A stretch of DNA of 64,000 bases from Patescibacteria group bacterium (GCA_041649675.1 JBAZMQ010000006.1:7003-71002), one strand, 5' to 3'; shown: positions 11,157-21,263, counted from the stretch's first letter. A program made the numbers and translations. The notes: generated by a model from the letters alone, not told the origin.

Positions 11157-12503
11157 CTATTTAATCTGTTTAACAAAATTAACTAGCTCCTGCAATCTGT
11201 CAGCTGTCATTTGTTCAGATTCAGTCTCAACGGTAATTCTTAAGAGAGGTTCAGTATTAGAAGGCCTAACATTAAACCACCAATTAGGATATTGGACCGT
11301 TAGACCATCAAGCTCGTCTTGATTGCCAGCTTGATATTGTTTCTTTAATTTTTCAATAATACTTTGAATTTTACTTCGGTCTTCCAAAACCAAATTTTCT
11401 TCCGGCGATTTAAAGTATTTGTAAAATGGTTCAATAATTTCTGAAAGTGGCCGGCCGTCTTGAGAGAGTAACTGTAATAAAATTAAAAACGGAATAAAGC
11501 CGGAATCAGAATAAGCATTATCGCGAAAACAATAATGAGCTGAGACTTCTCCACCGACAATACCGTCATTTTGCCGCAAACCAGCTGAAACAAAAACAAA
11601 TCCGACCCTGGTCCGAATCGGCTTGCCGCCCCATTCTTTAATTTTTTCTGGTACAATTTTGGAACAGCTCAAATTATAAGCAATTCCCTTACCAGGTTCC
11701 CGGCGTAAAAATTCTTTGGCCAGTAATAATAAGGTGATATCGGCCCGAATAAATTTTCCGGTCTCATCAATGAAATTTAATCGATCGGTATCCCCGTCAA
11801 AAATTACCCCAAAATCCACTTTCTGTTCAAGCACTGACTTAGTTATTTGCACCTGACTTTCAGGCAAAAGCGGGTTAGACGGATGAGCCGGAAAACTACC
11901 ATCAAGCTCAAAATTCAACGGAATAATTTCAATCGGCAGATATGGTTTTAGTAAAGGAATAATTTTTCCCGCCATGCCATTTCCGGCATCAACTACAACT
12001 TTTAACGGCTTAATTTTTTTAAGATCACAAAAAGAAAGAACATGTTTAATATATTGCGGCAAAATATCAGACTCAATAATCTTGCCTTTAGTTTTGGCCT
12101 TGGCCTTGGGTAAATTCAAAACGTGATCACGCATCTCTTCTCCCCTGACCCATTGCATATCTTTTAAAACCATTTTGAAACCGTTATATTCAGAAGGATT
12201 ATGCGAAGCCGTAATCATAATTCCCGCCTCGTGTTTCAAAATACCAACTGCGTAATAAACAGCATCAACCGGAACTAAACCAATATCTAAGACATCAACT
12301 CCTTGATCAAGAATACCTTCAATTAATTTCTTTTTTATTGCTGGCCCAGAAAGCCTCATGTCGCTACCAATAGTTACTTGGGTAGCTTTAGATCTCAAGG
12401 CAAAAGCTCGGCCAACTTGGTAAGCTGCCTCTTGACTTAACTGATTAGGATAAGTTCCTCGGATATCGTAAGATTTAAAAATTTTTTGGTCAATACTTTT
12501 CAT
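11157..12503 (-). CDS. phosphoglucomutase/phosphomannomutase family (alpha-D-phosphohexomutase)
   Basis: Active-site TASHNPSEYNGFK and Mg-binding FDGDTDR. Confidence 0.8.
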   Translation of the reverse strand: MKSIDQKIFKSYDIRGTYPNQLSQEAAYQVGRAFALRSKATQVTIGSDMRLSGPAIKKKLIEGILDQGVDVLDIGLVPVDAVYYAVGILKHEAGIMITASHNPSEYNGFKMVLKDMQWVRGEEMRDHVLNLPKAKAKTKGKIIESDILPQYIKHVLSFCDLKKIKPLKVVVDAGNGMAGKIIPLLKPYLPIEIIPLNFELDGSFPAHPSNPLLPESQVQITKSVLEQKVDFGVIFDGDTDRLNFIDETGKFIRADITLLLLAKEFLRREPGKGIAYNLSCSKIVPEKIKEWGGKPIRTRVGFVFVSAGLRQNDGIVGGEVSAHYCFRDNAYSDSGFIPFLILLQLLSQDGRPLSEIIEPFYKYFKSPEENLVLEDRSKIQSIIEKLKKQYQAGNQDELDGLTVQYPNWWFNVRPSNTEPLLRITVETESEQMTADRLQELVNFVKQIK

Positions 12504-12526
12504 GTTTTTATCAATTGTTACAAATA

Positions 12527-13693
12527 TTAGCGATAATCACGAATAATATTCTTCTGAGTGGCCAAAAAAGCACCAAACGCCAACCAAACCAAACATAATT
12601 TAATTAACCAACCAAGCAAAGGTAAACTGGTGATAAAAACAAAAACAATAATTCCAAGTACCGTTGGCCACATTAGCGAACCTTTATATTTTTTTTCAGG
12701 GCTCAAACTATTAAGCAAGGCCAAACCGATTACGAAGCCGACAAAGACTTTAGAGACATACAAAACAATAATATAAAATGGAATGATAATCAAAGCCAAA
12801 GGAATACCAATGATTGTGCACATTAACAAAATGGCAACAATCGGAATTGCAATTGAATAAACTGCACCCGTTACCAAAGATGGCCAAGGCTTTTTTACTA
12901 TTTCTTCTCTGACTTCCAATAAAACTTTAGAGAATAAGGATACTACCACCATGCCAATTATTAAAAGGCTGAACAAAGAAATAATTTTCAAAAATAGAAA
13001 AGCGGTACCAAAAGCTTTACTGGCATCCAAACGATCCGGCATAACTGCGGTCTTTCTTGTCGTTTGACCAATGACTTTAGCGCCATCTTTCAAAACCAAC
13101 TGCTGATCATTTGGTGCCTGATAAGATAAGTTACCGCCAATTTTAGCTTGCGAACCTAAAACTAATTGGCCTTGTTTATCCAGCGAAGCATTAACGTCTT
13201 TGCCCACTTCGCTGCTCAAAGAAATTGCGTTAGCAGCGGCCCAAAGTCCGCCGGTAATTGGGCCCTTGATTTCCAAACTACTGGCCGCGGAAAAAACATC
13301 CCAAGCAACTTTGGCATTACTGCCTAAAACAACATTATTACCACCCGCCCAAACATTATGACCAACCTCGCTATCCACTTCAACCGAATTACCAATTACT
13401 CTAACGCTGCCCAAAACCGCTCCCGTAATTTTAATCGTACTGCCAGCAGCAATGACATCACCCGCTACCGGTCCCGAGATGGTAATGCTGTTACCGGCCA
13501 CAATCACGTCACCATGAACTGCTCCTTTAATATCAATGATGTTTCCGGCTTTTATAAAGTTACCTTCAATGATTTGATCGGCGCCAATCTCAACTGTCTG
13601 GTCTTGGACTTCGGCGGCCAAAACTAAAAAGGGCGCCGCTAGTAAAAATAGACAGATTAAAACCAAAAAAATGGGTTTTTTCATAATTTTCAT
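12527..13693 (-). CDS. secreted/membrane-anchored protein with bactofilin-like beta-helix repeats and a C-terminal multi-TM region
   Basis: Signal peptide. Repeated G(D/S)V-x-(A/V)G-x-(S/I) units. Four C-terminal hydrophobic helices. Confidence 0.55.
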   Translation of the reverse strand: MKIMKKPIFLVLICLFLLAAPFLVLAAEVQDQTVEIGADQIIEGNFIKAGNIIDIKGAVHGDVIVAGNSITISGPVAGDVIAAGSTIKITGAVLGSVRVIGNSVEVDSEVGHNVWAGGNNVVLGSNAKVAWDVFSAASSLEIKGPITGGLWAAANAISLSSEVGKDVNASLDKQGQLVLGSQAKIGGNLSYQAPNDQQLVLKDGAKVIGQTTRKTAVMPDRLDASKAFGTAFLFLKIISLFSLLIIGMVVVSLFSKVLLEVREEIVKKPWPSLVTGAVYSIAIPIVAILLMCTIIGIPLALIIIPFYIIVLYVSKVFVGFVIGLALLNSLSPEKKYKGSLMWPTVLGIIVFVFITSLPLLGWLIKLCLVWLAFGAFLATQKNIIRDYR

Positions 13694-13725
13694 AAATAAA
13701 AAATTATTATTAAATCACCAAAATT

Positions 13726-14457
13726 TTAACATTTTTTAGCAATAGTGACAAGATTAGCGGCTTTTAAGTATCTAAACCTCCTGGCCTTTTGGCCGCGCCA
13801 ATAAGCCAAATAATTACTGTCCAGTTTCAATCCCGATTGCTTTACTAGTTTCTTCAATTCACCCAGGGTAAAGGCATGATAATAACGATAGACTTTACCC
13901 TTCATCCAGGGCAAATAGATATCTTTAAAATCCAATTCGCTTTTACCAATAATTTTTAAAAAGGTATAATGAAAGATAAGAGGCAAAAACTTTTTCTGGT
14001 AACGATTCCAGTTAGCCATTACCAAAACTCCGCCCGGTTTTAAAACCCGCTTAATTTCCTGCAGAGCTTGCAAGCGTAATTGCTTACTAGGCAAATGATG
14101 CAAGACGGCGATAAAAAATACCACCTCAAAAGAATTATCAGCGAAAGGTAAATTAAAAACTTCCGCTTTTAAAAATTGTTGACTCTCAATTTTGAAATCA
14201 TTTCGGTTTTGAGCAAAATTAATTTGGTCATCACTATTATCCACGCCGATATAATCAATCTTGACATCTTTAAATAACAAGCGTAACTTACCATTACCGC
14301 AGCCCAAATCCAAAACTTTATCGCCAGATTTGACATATTTTTTTAAATCAGGCAGATTGGGCCAAAGATAGTTTCTGGTCCGATTAAAATCACTGGCGAT
14401 TTCATTATAATTATTTTTCGTCTGGGCCAAAATTTTTTCAACAGTCTGTGGCTTCAT
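13726..14457 (-). CDS. class I SAM-dependent methyltransferase
   Basis: VLDLGCGNGKL motif I. Confidence 0.7.
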   Translation of the reverse strand: MKPQTVEKILAQTKNNYNEIASDFNRTRNYLWPNLPDLKKYVKSGDKVLDLGCGNGKLRLLFKDVKIDYIGVDNSDDQINFAQNRNDFKIESQQFLKAEVFNLPFADNSFEVVFFIAVLHHLPSKQLRLQALQEIKRVLKPGGVLVMANWNRYQKKFLPLIFHYTFLKIIGKSELDFKDIYLPWMKGKVYRYYHAFTLGELKKLVKQSGLKLDSNYLAYWRGQKARRFRYLKAANLVTIAKKC

Positions 14458-14468
14458 AAACTACCCTT

Positions 14469-14578
14469 CTGTCATTCTGAGGGAGTGCCGACATATAGTC
14501 GGCCCGACCGAAGAATCTCATACTATTTTTATAGGGATAAGATTCTTCACCCCGACTAAGTCGGGGTTCAGAATGACA
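14469..14578 (+). repeat. MITE-like structured repeat, copy 1 (TIR TGTCATTCTGAG / CTCAGAATGACA, inner IR CGAAGAATC / GATTCTTC)
   Basis: Nested inverted repeats read directly from the sequence. An ATG of the Elp3 gene lies 12 nt downstream. Confidence 0.8.
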
Positions 14579-14589
14579 ACTGACAAATT

Positions 14590-16182
14590 ATGAATAAAAA
14601 ATTAGTTACAATAACAAAATCTTTAGCCAAAGCCAAGTTTAAATCTCGGCTGGATTTAGTTAAACTGAAAAAAAAATTATCCAACCAGCTAAAAATGAAC
14701 GCCCCGCTTAACTCTGACTTGTTACGAATTTATAAAAATTTATTGGCTAAAAAAATTATTTTACCAAATAAAACCTTAGAACAACTTTTATGCAAACGCG
14801 AAATTCGAACTCTTTCGGGTGTGGCGGTAATTACGGTTTTAACTAAACCCTATCCTTGTCCGGGCCAATGTATTTATTGTCCCAGCGAAAAAGACATGCC
14901 TAAAAGTTATTTAAAAAACGAGCCAGCGGCCGCCCGAGCGTTTGCTACCAAATTTGATCCGTTTGTCCAAACTAAAGTTAGGCTCGACGCTTTAAAAATT
15001 AACGGCCACTCAACCGATAAAATTGAACTGATAGTTTTAGGTGGCAGCTTTAGTGCTTACCCAAAAAATTATCAGGCTTGGTTTATCAAACGCTGCTTTG
15101 AGGCTTTAAACAAAAAACCGGCCAAGAATCTTGCAACTGCCCAAAAGCAAAATGAAACTGCTTTGCATCGCTGCGTTGGTTTAACTTTGGAAACCAGACC
15201 GGACATGATTACGCCTAAAGAAATTGAAAGAATGAGGAATTTGGGCTGTACTCGCGTTGAACTGGGCGTGCAAACAATTTACGACCCTATCTTAAAACTA
15301 AACAAAAGAGGCCAGACTGTCAAACAAACAATTGAGGCAACAAAAATGCTTAAAGCTGCCGGCTTTAAAGTAATGTACCATCTAATGCCTAATTTGCCCG
15401 GCTCAAACTTAAAGTTAGATCTGAAAATGTTTAAAGAAATATTTTCTGGACCAAATTTTCAGCCGGACTTACTAAAAATTTATCCTTGCGTGGTGACAAA
15501 AAATTCAGTTTTATATCACTGGTACCGGCAAAAAAAATTTAAGTCTTATTCAGACAAAGAATTAAAGAATTTATTAATTAAAGTTAAACGATTAATTCCC
15601 CAGTATGTCCGCATCACCCGTTTAATCCGCGATATCCCGGCCGAGAGTATAATTGCTGGCAATAAAATCACAAACTTAAGACAACTAATTGCCCAGGATT
15701 TCAAAGGTTGCAAATGTATCCGATGCCGCGAAGCCGGACATAGCTTAGGAATTAAGAATTATGAAGCAGGAATAAGGAAAAAAAGTTCCTCCATAATTCA
15801 TAATTCCTGCTTCATAATTCAAAAATATAAGGCTAGCGGAGGAACAGAATATTTTCTAAGCTATGACTCAAAGGACAAAAAAATTCTTTATGCTTTTTTG
15901 CGACTAAGAATTAACGGCGATATTAATAATAATTTTATACCCGAACTAAAAGGAGCGGCACTTATTCGCGAACTGCATACTTACGGGCAGATGGCGCAAT
16001 TAGGTCAAATTGGTAAAGTTCAACATCTGGGTTTAGGTAAAATGCTTTTGGCCCAGGCCGAAACCATTGCCAAAAAACAAAAAATAAAAAAAATCGCTGT
16101 AATCTCTGGCATTGGTGTCAGACAATATTATAAAAAATTCGGCTACCATTTAGCCGGTACGTACATGCTAAAAAATTTATAA
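14590..16182 (+). CDS. elp3: Elp3-like radical SAM / GNAT acetyltransferase (tRNA U34 carboxymethyluridine synthase homolog)
   Basis: 530 aa. N-terminal radical-SAM Cys cluster (PCPGQCIYCP). C-terminal GNAT-like region. The overall Elp3 architecture. Confidence 0.75.
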   Translation: MNKKLVTITKSLAKAKFKSRLDLVKLKKKLSNQLKMNAPLNSDLLRIYKNLLAKKIILPNKTLEQLLCKREIRTLSGVAVITVLTKPYPCPGQCIYCPSEKDMPKSYLKNEPAAARAFATKFDPFVQTKVRLDALKINGHSTDKIELIVLGGSFSAYPKNYQAWFIKRCFEALNKKPAKNLATAQKQNETALHRCVGLTLETRPDMITPKEIERMRNLGCTRVELGVQTIYDPILKLNKRGQTVKQTIEATKMLKAAGFKVMYHLMPNLPGSNLKLDLKMFKEIFSGPNFQPDLLKIYPCVVTKNSVLYHWYRQKKFKSYSDKELKNLLIKVKRLIPQYVRITRLIRDIPAESIIAGNKITNLRQLIAQDFKGCKCIRCREAGHSLGIKNYEAGIRKKSSSIIHNSCFIIQKYKASGGTEYFLSYDSKDKKILYAFLRLRINGDINNNFIPELKGAALIRELHTYGQMAQLGQIGKVQHLGLGKMLLAQAETIAKKQKIKKIAVISGIGVRQYYKKFGYHLAGTYMLKNL

Positions 16183-16206
16183 GCTTACTGCAACTTAAAA
16201 AAAGAG

Positions 16207-16236
16207 TGGTCTAATTTTTTGGATTAGACCACGTGA
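16207..16236. terminator. bidirectional hairpin GTGGTCTAAT-TTTTTGG-ATTAGACCAC between convergent genes
   Basis: 10-bp perfect stem with a T-rich loop or flank. Confidence 0.5.
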
Positions 16237-16256
16237 CTAGCAAGGAACTTGAGCCA

Positions 16257-16961
16257 TCAGACTTGCACCGTCGGATGGCTACGGCGCAATTGGACAACTG
16301 TCCCGTCGGATAAAACAACCGGCGTTGGGTTGTGCCACTCTACTCCTTGTTTCTGACAAGGCAAGGTTGGAAAACCGGCTGACTCACTAAAGGCCCTGAG
16401 CGGCTGGGTGATTGCGCCTACAACCGGGCTGCAAGCAACAGCTACACCACCAACAATAACTAATTCGCCGGCGCCAGAACATCCACTTCTGCAGACAGCA
16501 CACGACGGTTCAAAGACTATCTTTGAATCCAGTACTATCGCGTCTAGTACCGGTGCCCGATGAAAGACTTTCACATGACCTTTGACTGAGAGATTAACTC
16601 CCTCTTCACCTGGCTGACACTGCTGACAAGGCAAGCAGCTCAGTTCAACTTCTTCCGGAAACTGGCGATAAGCCAGTATGCTGTAATCAGGCGCCGTCAG
16701 TTGAGCGGCTGGAAAACAGCCAATGCATAATCCTGGCTGGTCGGCTTTGGTAATCGCAATACCCCGACCATGGCAAGCGGTACAACCATTCCAGGGCCAT
16801 TTGGTGTCTTTGCTCCGGTAGGTTTCTAACGGAGCCGCTGCCTGAGGCAAAACGATTTTTGCCCCGCCTGCGGCTGTTTTAACAATCCGATGATTTGTCT
16901 TGTTTGCCATAATCTGATAATCCTCATAGTTTTGGGTTCTGCCTTTATTAACCGGAAACAT
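16257..16961 (-). CDS. GC-rich Cys-rich protein with one CxxCH heme-binding-type motif (c-type cytochrome-like?)
   Basis: CTACH motif plus multiple CxxC pairs. GC content is clearly above the flanks. Confidence 0.45.
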   Translation of the reverse strand: MFPVNKGRTQNYEDYQIMANKTNHRIVKTAAGGAKIVLPQAAAPLETYRSKDTKWPWNGCTACHGRGIAITKADQPGLCIGCFPAAQLTAPDYSILAYRQFPEEVELSCLPCQQCQPGEEGVNLSVKGHVKVFHRAPVLDAIVLDSKIVFEPSCAVCRSGCSGAGELVIVGGVAVACSPVVGAITQPLRAFSESAGFPTLPCQKQGVEWHNPTPVVLSDGTVVQLRRSHPTVQV

Positions 16962-17076
16962 ATTTCCCAGCTAACTCCATAATATACATACAATCTATCC
17001 AATTGTCAATCCCTAAAACAAGAGCTATAATATATATGCCAATAACAAAAATATTATAAATTAATTATATTAAATT

Positions 17077-17231
17077 GTTATTCTGAGGCCGACTACTCTC
17101 ATTGTTAAGTGAGGCCGAAGAATCTCCTTAACTTAGTGGATCCTTTGGCCCCAAACCTAATTAAGCGGCGACCTCAGGATGACCAGAAGGAGATTCTTTA
17201 CTCTCAAGAATAGCTTGGAGCTCAGAATGAC
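17077..17231 (+). repeat. MITE-like structured repeat, copy 2 (composite; roughly the reverse complement of copy 3)
   Basis: GTTATTCTGAGG ... GAGCTCAGAATGAC, with internal CGAAGAATCTCC / GGAGATTCTT and TCATCCTGAGG sub-repeats. An ATG lies 9 nt downstream. Confidence 0.75.
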
Positions 17232-17240
17232 GGAAAAGAT

Positions 17241-17648
17241 ATGACCCAAAACATTAATTTTCATTTTAATAATGTCGTCATCGTCTGCGGCCCAGTGATT
17301 ATTAAAGATAATAAAGTTTTACTAAATAAACACGGCGAAAGTAACTTATGGAAATTTCCCGGCGGCGATATTACCCAAGCCTCTGACGATTTAGAAACTT
17401 GGGCTCAAAAAAAAGTTAAAGAGGAAATGGATTTGGCAGTTGAAATTATTAAGGCACTAAAACCCATGGTAATTTGGAAAAACGATGAAGTAATTTTGCT
17501 GTTTCATTATTTAGCCGAGTTAAAAAGTGAAACCATAAAACCAGCCGCTTATATTCGCGAATACGGCTGGCATGATATTAATAATTTACCGAGTGATTGT
17601 TCGCCAAACATTAAACCAATAATTGAGGAAGTAATCAACAGTAAATAA
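17241..17648 (+). CDS. NUDIX-like hydrolase
   Basis: Nudix-box-like GG-x5-E-x7-K-x-V-x-EE-x2-L segment. Weak. Confidence 0.45.
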   Translation: MTQNINFHFNNVVIVCGPVIIKDNKVLLNKHGESNLWKFPGGDITQASDDLETWAQKKVKEEMDLAVEIIKALKPMVIWKNDEVILLFHYLAELKSETIKPAAYIREYGWHDINNLPSDCSPNIKPIIEEVINSK

Positions 17649-17697
17649 ATTAAGATACAATCAACATAGCACCAGGATAATTATTAAACATAAGATT

Positions 17698-18108
17698 ATG
17701 GTCTGTGTTGAAAATCCAAATAACAAATTTCCAATTTCAAATCAAATCCAAAATCAAAATAATAAAAAACAATTCAATTTAGTTGAGCGCACAGCTAGGT
17801 TCGGAGAAAAAATAATTGATTTTGCCAAAACCATTAATAAAAACCTAATTACCCGATCTTTAATCATACAGCTAGTTAAAGCGGCTACCAGCATTGGTGC
17901 TAATTATATGGAGGCTGATTGCGCTGAATCAAGAAAAGATTTTCGACACAAAATTGGCATCTGCAAAAAAGAAGCCAAGGAAACATCGCATTGGCTAAGA
18001 ATGGTGGCAAAAGCCAATCCGGAATTAAGCAATGAATGTCGAAAACTTTGGCAGGAAGCTCATGAGCTAACCTTGATATTCTCAGCCATAAGAAATAAGA
18101 CCAAATAG
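17698..18108 (+). CDS. four-helix-bundle protein (23S rRNA intervening-sequence protein family)
   Basis: Characteristic LVKAATSIGANYMEADCAESRKDFRHKIGICKKEAKETSHWLRM. Confidence 0.85.
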   Translation: MVCVENPNNKFPISNQIQNQNNKKQFNLVERTARFGEKIIDFAKTINKNLITRSLIIQLVKAATSIGANYMEADCAESRKDFRHKIGICKKEAKETSHWLRMVAKANPELSNECRKLWQEAHELTLIFSAIRNKTK

Positions 18109-18328
18109 ATATATTTGAAATTAGAAATTTAGTCTTGGTTTGACATTGGTAATTAGAAATTTGACATTATCTAAGTTATCCATAATTATAATCTGCAATC
18201 TTAAACCTATGATTTATGAATCGCTAGAATTTAAATAATCATTACCGAAAAGAAAAACCGCTTTTACAGACGGTTTTTTATTTGCTAAACTTAACCTTAT
18301 CTAAGCTAATTTCCTAACCACTTAACCT

Positions 18329-19582
18329 ATGAAATACGAACAACTAAGAGCCCAGGACCCCCAAATAGCAGATCTGATTGCTTTGGAAATCAAAAGACAG
18401 CAAGACGGTTTGGTAATGATCCCTTCGGAAAATCATGCTTCCGTCGCGGTTTTGGAAGCGATGGCAACGGTTTTATCCAATAAATACGCCGAAGGCTATC
18501 CTAATAAACGCTACTATACTGGCAACCAATATATTGATCAAATTGAATTACTGGCAATCAGCAGAGCCAAAGAATTATTTGGCGCCGAGCATGCCAATGT
18601 TCAACCCAACGCCGGCAGCGGGGCCAACCTGGCAATTTATTTAGCCACTTTAAAACCGGGCGACAAAGTCATGGGTATGAAACTGGACCAAGGCGGTCAT
18701 TTGACTCACGGCCATCCGGTTAATTTATCCGGCCAACTTTATAATTTTGTCCAATACGGCGTTAGAAAAGACACCGAACTAATTGACTTGGAAGAAATTC
18801 GAACAATGGCGAAAAAAGAAAAACCGAAAATGATCGTCACCGGCGCTACCGCTTACCCCAGAATTTTTGACTTCAAAGCTTTTAAAGAAATTTGCGATGA
18901 AGTCGGCGCAATTCTATTGGCTGATATTTCTCATTTTGTCGGACTCTGTATTTCCGGTGATCACCCAAAGCCTTTCCCCTATGCCGACTTTGTCATGACT
19001 ACCACCCATAAAACTTTACGCGGACCAAGAAGTGCTATAATCCTAGCCAAAGAAAAATACGCCAAAGCCATTGATAAAGCAATTTTTCCTGGCACCCAGG
19101 GCGGACCGCTAGAGCATGTGATTGCGGCTAAAGCAGTTTGCTTTCAAGAAGCATTAAAACCGGAATTCAAAGATTATGCCAGTCAAATTGTTAAAAATGC
19201 CAAAGCCTTAGCTAAAACTTTCATTGACCAGGGATTGGAATTGGTTTCTGGTGGTACGGACAATCATTTAATGCTAATTAAATGCGCACCGCTTGGTTTA
19301 ACCGGTCGCCAAGGTTCGGAAGTTTTGGCCGAAGGCGGAATTTATACCAATCGCAACACCGTACCTTATGATACGGGTTCGGCCTTTGAACCAACCGGCA
19401 TTCGCCTAGGCACGCCAGCCTTAACTACCAGAGGAATGAAAGAACCAGAGATGGAAATTATTGGAAAAATTATTGCTAAAGTTCTAAAGAATGCCAATGA
19501 TGATAAAATTAAAAAAGAGCTCAAAGATACTGTTTTTCAATTAACCAAAAAATTCCCAACCTATCCGGGCATGTCTATTTAA
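18329..19582 (+). CDS. glyA: serine hydroxymethyltransferase
   Basis: PLP site TTTHKTLRGPR and the HLTHGH motif. Confidence 0.9.
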   Translation: MKYEQLRAQDPQIADLIALEIKRQQDGLVMIPSENHASVAVLEAMATVLSNKYAEGYPNKRYYTGNQYIDQIELLAISRAKELFGAEHANVQPNAGSGANLAIYLATLKPGDKVMGMKLDQGGHLTHGHPVNLSGQLYNFVQYGVRKDTELIDLEEIRTMAKKEKPKMIVTGATAYPRIFDFKAFKEICDEVGAILLADISHFVGLCISGDHPKPFPYADFVMTTTHKTLRGPRSAIILAKEKYAKAIDKAIFPGTQGGPLEHVIAAKAVCFQEALKPEFKDYASQIVKNAKALAKTFIDQGLELVSGGTDNHLMLIKCAPLGLTGRQGSEVLAEGGIYTNRNTVPYDTGSAFEPTGIRLGTPALTTRGMKEPEMEIIGKIIAKVLKNANDDKIKKELKDTVFQLTKKFPTYPGMSI

Positions 19583-19590
19583 TCCGCCCT

Positions 19591-19722
19591 CTGTCATTCT
19601 GAGCTCTAAGCTATTATTGAGCGCGAAGAATCTCTTTCTGGTCATCCTGAGGTCACCACTTAATTAGGTTTAGGACCGAAAGATCCACTAAGCCAAGGGA
19701 TTCTTCGGCCTCAGAATGACAA
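19591..19722 (+). repeat. MITE-like structured repeat, copy 3
   Basis: CTGTCATTCTGAGC ... CCTCAGAATGACAA with inner CGAAGAATCTC / GGATTCTTCGG. The folD ATG lies 12 nt downstream. Confidence 0.8.
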
Positions 19723-19732
19723 CCATAAAAAA

Positions 19733-20590
19733 ATGTCAAAACAAATTGCAAAAAAGATAGATGGCAAATTGATTGCCGAAAAAATATTACTTGACCTAAA
19801 AGCCAAGATTACTAAGCTTAAGCGGCCGCCAGGTTTGGCTGTGATTTTAATTGGCAATGATTCAGCTTCTCAGCTTTATGTCAGAAATAAAAAAAAGGCC
19901 AGCCAAAAAATCGGCATTGAATTTCACGACTACCTTTGCGGCGGTAAATGTTACCCTCATATCACGGAAAACGAAATTTTGCAAATGATTGATTTTTTAA
20001 ATGCTGACCAAACTGTTGATGGTATTATTGTTCAATTGCCAATCCCAAAAAAGTTTGACTCGCAAAAAATTATAAACCGAATCTCGCCGCAAAAAGACGT
20101 TGATGGTTTTCATCCCCAAAACAAAAAAAACTTTTTGGCCTCAAAACCAGGTATCATTCCCCCCTTAATGCAAGCAATTAACGAAGCTTTAATTTTTACG
20201 GGTGAGAATTTAAAAGGCAAAGAAGCGGTAATAGTGGTTAATAACCCAATTTACAGCGAGACCAGAAAAAAAGAATTTACCGATTTGGGTTTGAAGGTAA
20301 AAATTACTAAACCCGGACCAAACTTAGCTAATGAAACTAGAAAGGCAGATGTCTTGGTTGTAATTTTAGGCCAAAAAAACTTAATTAAAAAATCAATGGT
20401 CAAGCCCGGCGCCATTGTAATTGATGTTGGTACAAATTTAATTTCCAAAAACAACTGGACTGGCGACGTTGACCCCAAGGTCGCCCAAGTGGCTGGTTGG
20501 CTAACACCGGTGCCCGGTGGTATCGGTCCAATGACGGTGGCTTTCTTGCTAAAAAACACCTACGAACAAGCCAAAAACAAATTACAATAA
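19733..20590 (+). CDS. folD: bifunctional methylene-THF dehydrogenase / methenyl-THF cyclohydrolase
   Basis: FolD length and motifs (VILIGNDSASQLYV... and GGIGPMTVAFLLKNT). Confidence 0.9.
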   Translation: MSKQIAKKIDGKLIAEKILLDLKAKITKLKRPPGLAVILIGNDSASQLYVRNKKKASQKIGIEFHDYLCGGKCYPHITENEILQMIDFLNADQTVDGIIVQLPIPKKFDSQKIINRISPQKDVDGFHPQNKKNFLASKPGIIPPLMQAINEALIFTGENLKGKEAVIVVNNPIYSETRKKEFTDLGLKVKITKPGPNLANETRKADVLVVILGQKNLIKKSMVKPGAIVIDVGTNLISKNNWTGDVDPKVAQVAGWLTPVPGGIGPMTVAFLLKNTYEQAKNKLQ

Positions 20591-20593
20591 TAC

Positions 20594-20640
20594 AAAAACC
20601 TGTAGAGGCACATTGCAATGCGCCTCTACAGGTTTTTTAT
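20594..20640 (+). terminator. intrinsic terminator
   Basis: AAACCTGTAGAGGC-loop-GCGCCTCTACAGGTTTTTT. Confidence 0.8.
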
Positions 20641-20732
20641 TTATATAAAATAGATTATTTTTGAGGGGGCCGGAGAGATCTTCGCAAAGGATACGATCTC
20701 TCCGGTGAGGGTAACGGGTGGGGTGTTTGAGA

Positions 20733-21086
20733 CTACGCGATGGCGGTCTGCCGACGGGAAAACCGTTGCGGCATAAACGCGCGCGCTTTCTGGAAAACCC
20801 GTTTCGTCCAGGATTTCTCCGTCTTTTTGGACGGAACGATCACATCGGACATGATCTTGGGAGGGGCAAGGATGCCCTTCACGACGGTGTCGGTGGTCCG
20901 GCGCTTGCGCTTGGTGGTCCGGTTCAGCAGCTTGTTTGCGCTCTCCGTGGTCAGTTGACCGCGCTTCTGCAGAACCTTCACGGCGCGCTTTTGCGGGTCG
21001 CCATTGGGCATTAAGTAAGCGGGAATGAACTTATCACCGCGCCGTTGCCGAAGCCGCCGTTCAATATGACGTTGATGTGCATTCAT
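20733..21086 (-). CDS. small basic protein (117 aa, K/R-rich) inside a GC-rich insertion
   Basis: RBS AAGGAGA lies 6 nt upstream of the ATG. No family recognised. Region 20650-21110 is markedly GC-rich. Confidence 0.4.
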   Translation of the reverse strand: MNAHQRHIERRLRQRRGDKFIPAYLMPNGDPQKRAVKVLQKRGQLTTESANKLLNRTTKRKRRTTDTVVKGILAPPKIMSDVIVPSKKTEKSWTKRVFQKARAFMPQRFSRRQTAIA

Positions 21087-21263
21087 TGGCCATTCTCCTT
21101 ATTGTTGGCCTCCAAAAAAACCTAACGGTGTAACAGTAAAAAACAAACTTCCAAGGTACCGATTATTATAGCATAGTATAAAATATTTGTCAATAATATC
21201 ATTAAATATATACTGTATATTGGCTAAATTTAGATAAAAAAAGACGGGTGTGGAAACACTCGT

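Noticed and set aside
18255-18285. Weak hairpin AAAAACCGCTTTTACAGACGGTTTTTT upstream of glyA as an attenuator
   Set aside because: The stem is only 4-5 bp. It is probably just the terminator remnant of the upstream gene or a chance structure.
20718-21014. 98-aa + strand ORF in the GC-rich insertion
   Set aside because: It is antisense to an ORF with a clear RBS. Its composition (G/L/R-rich) is typical of a GC-rich non-coding frame.
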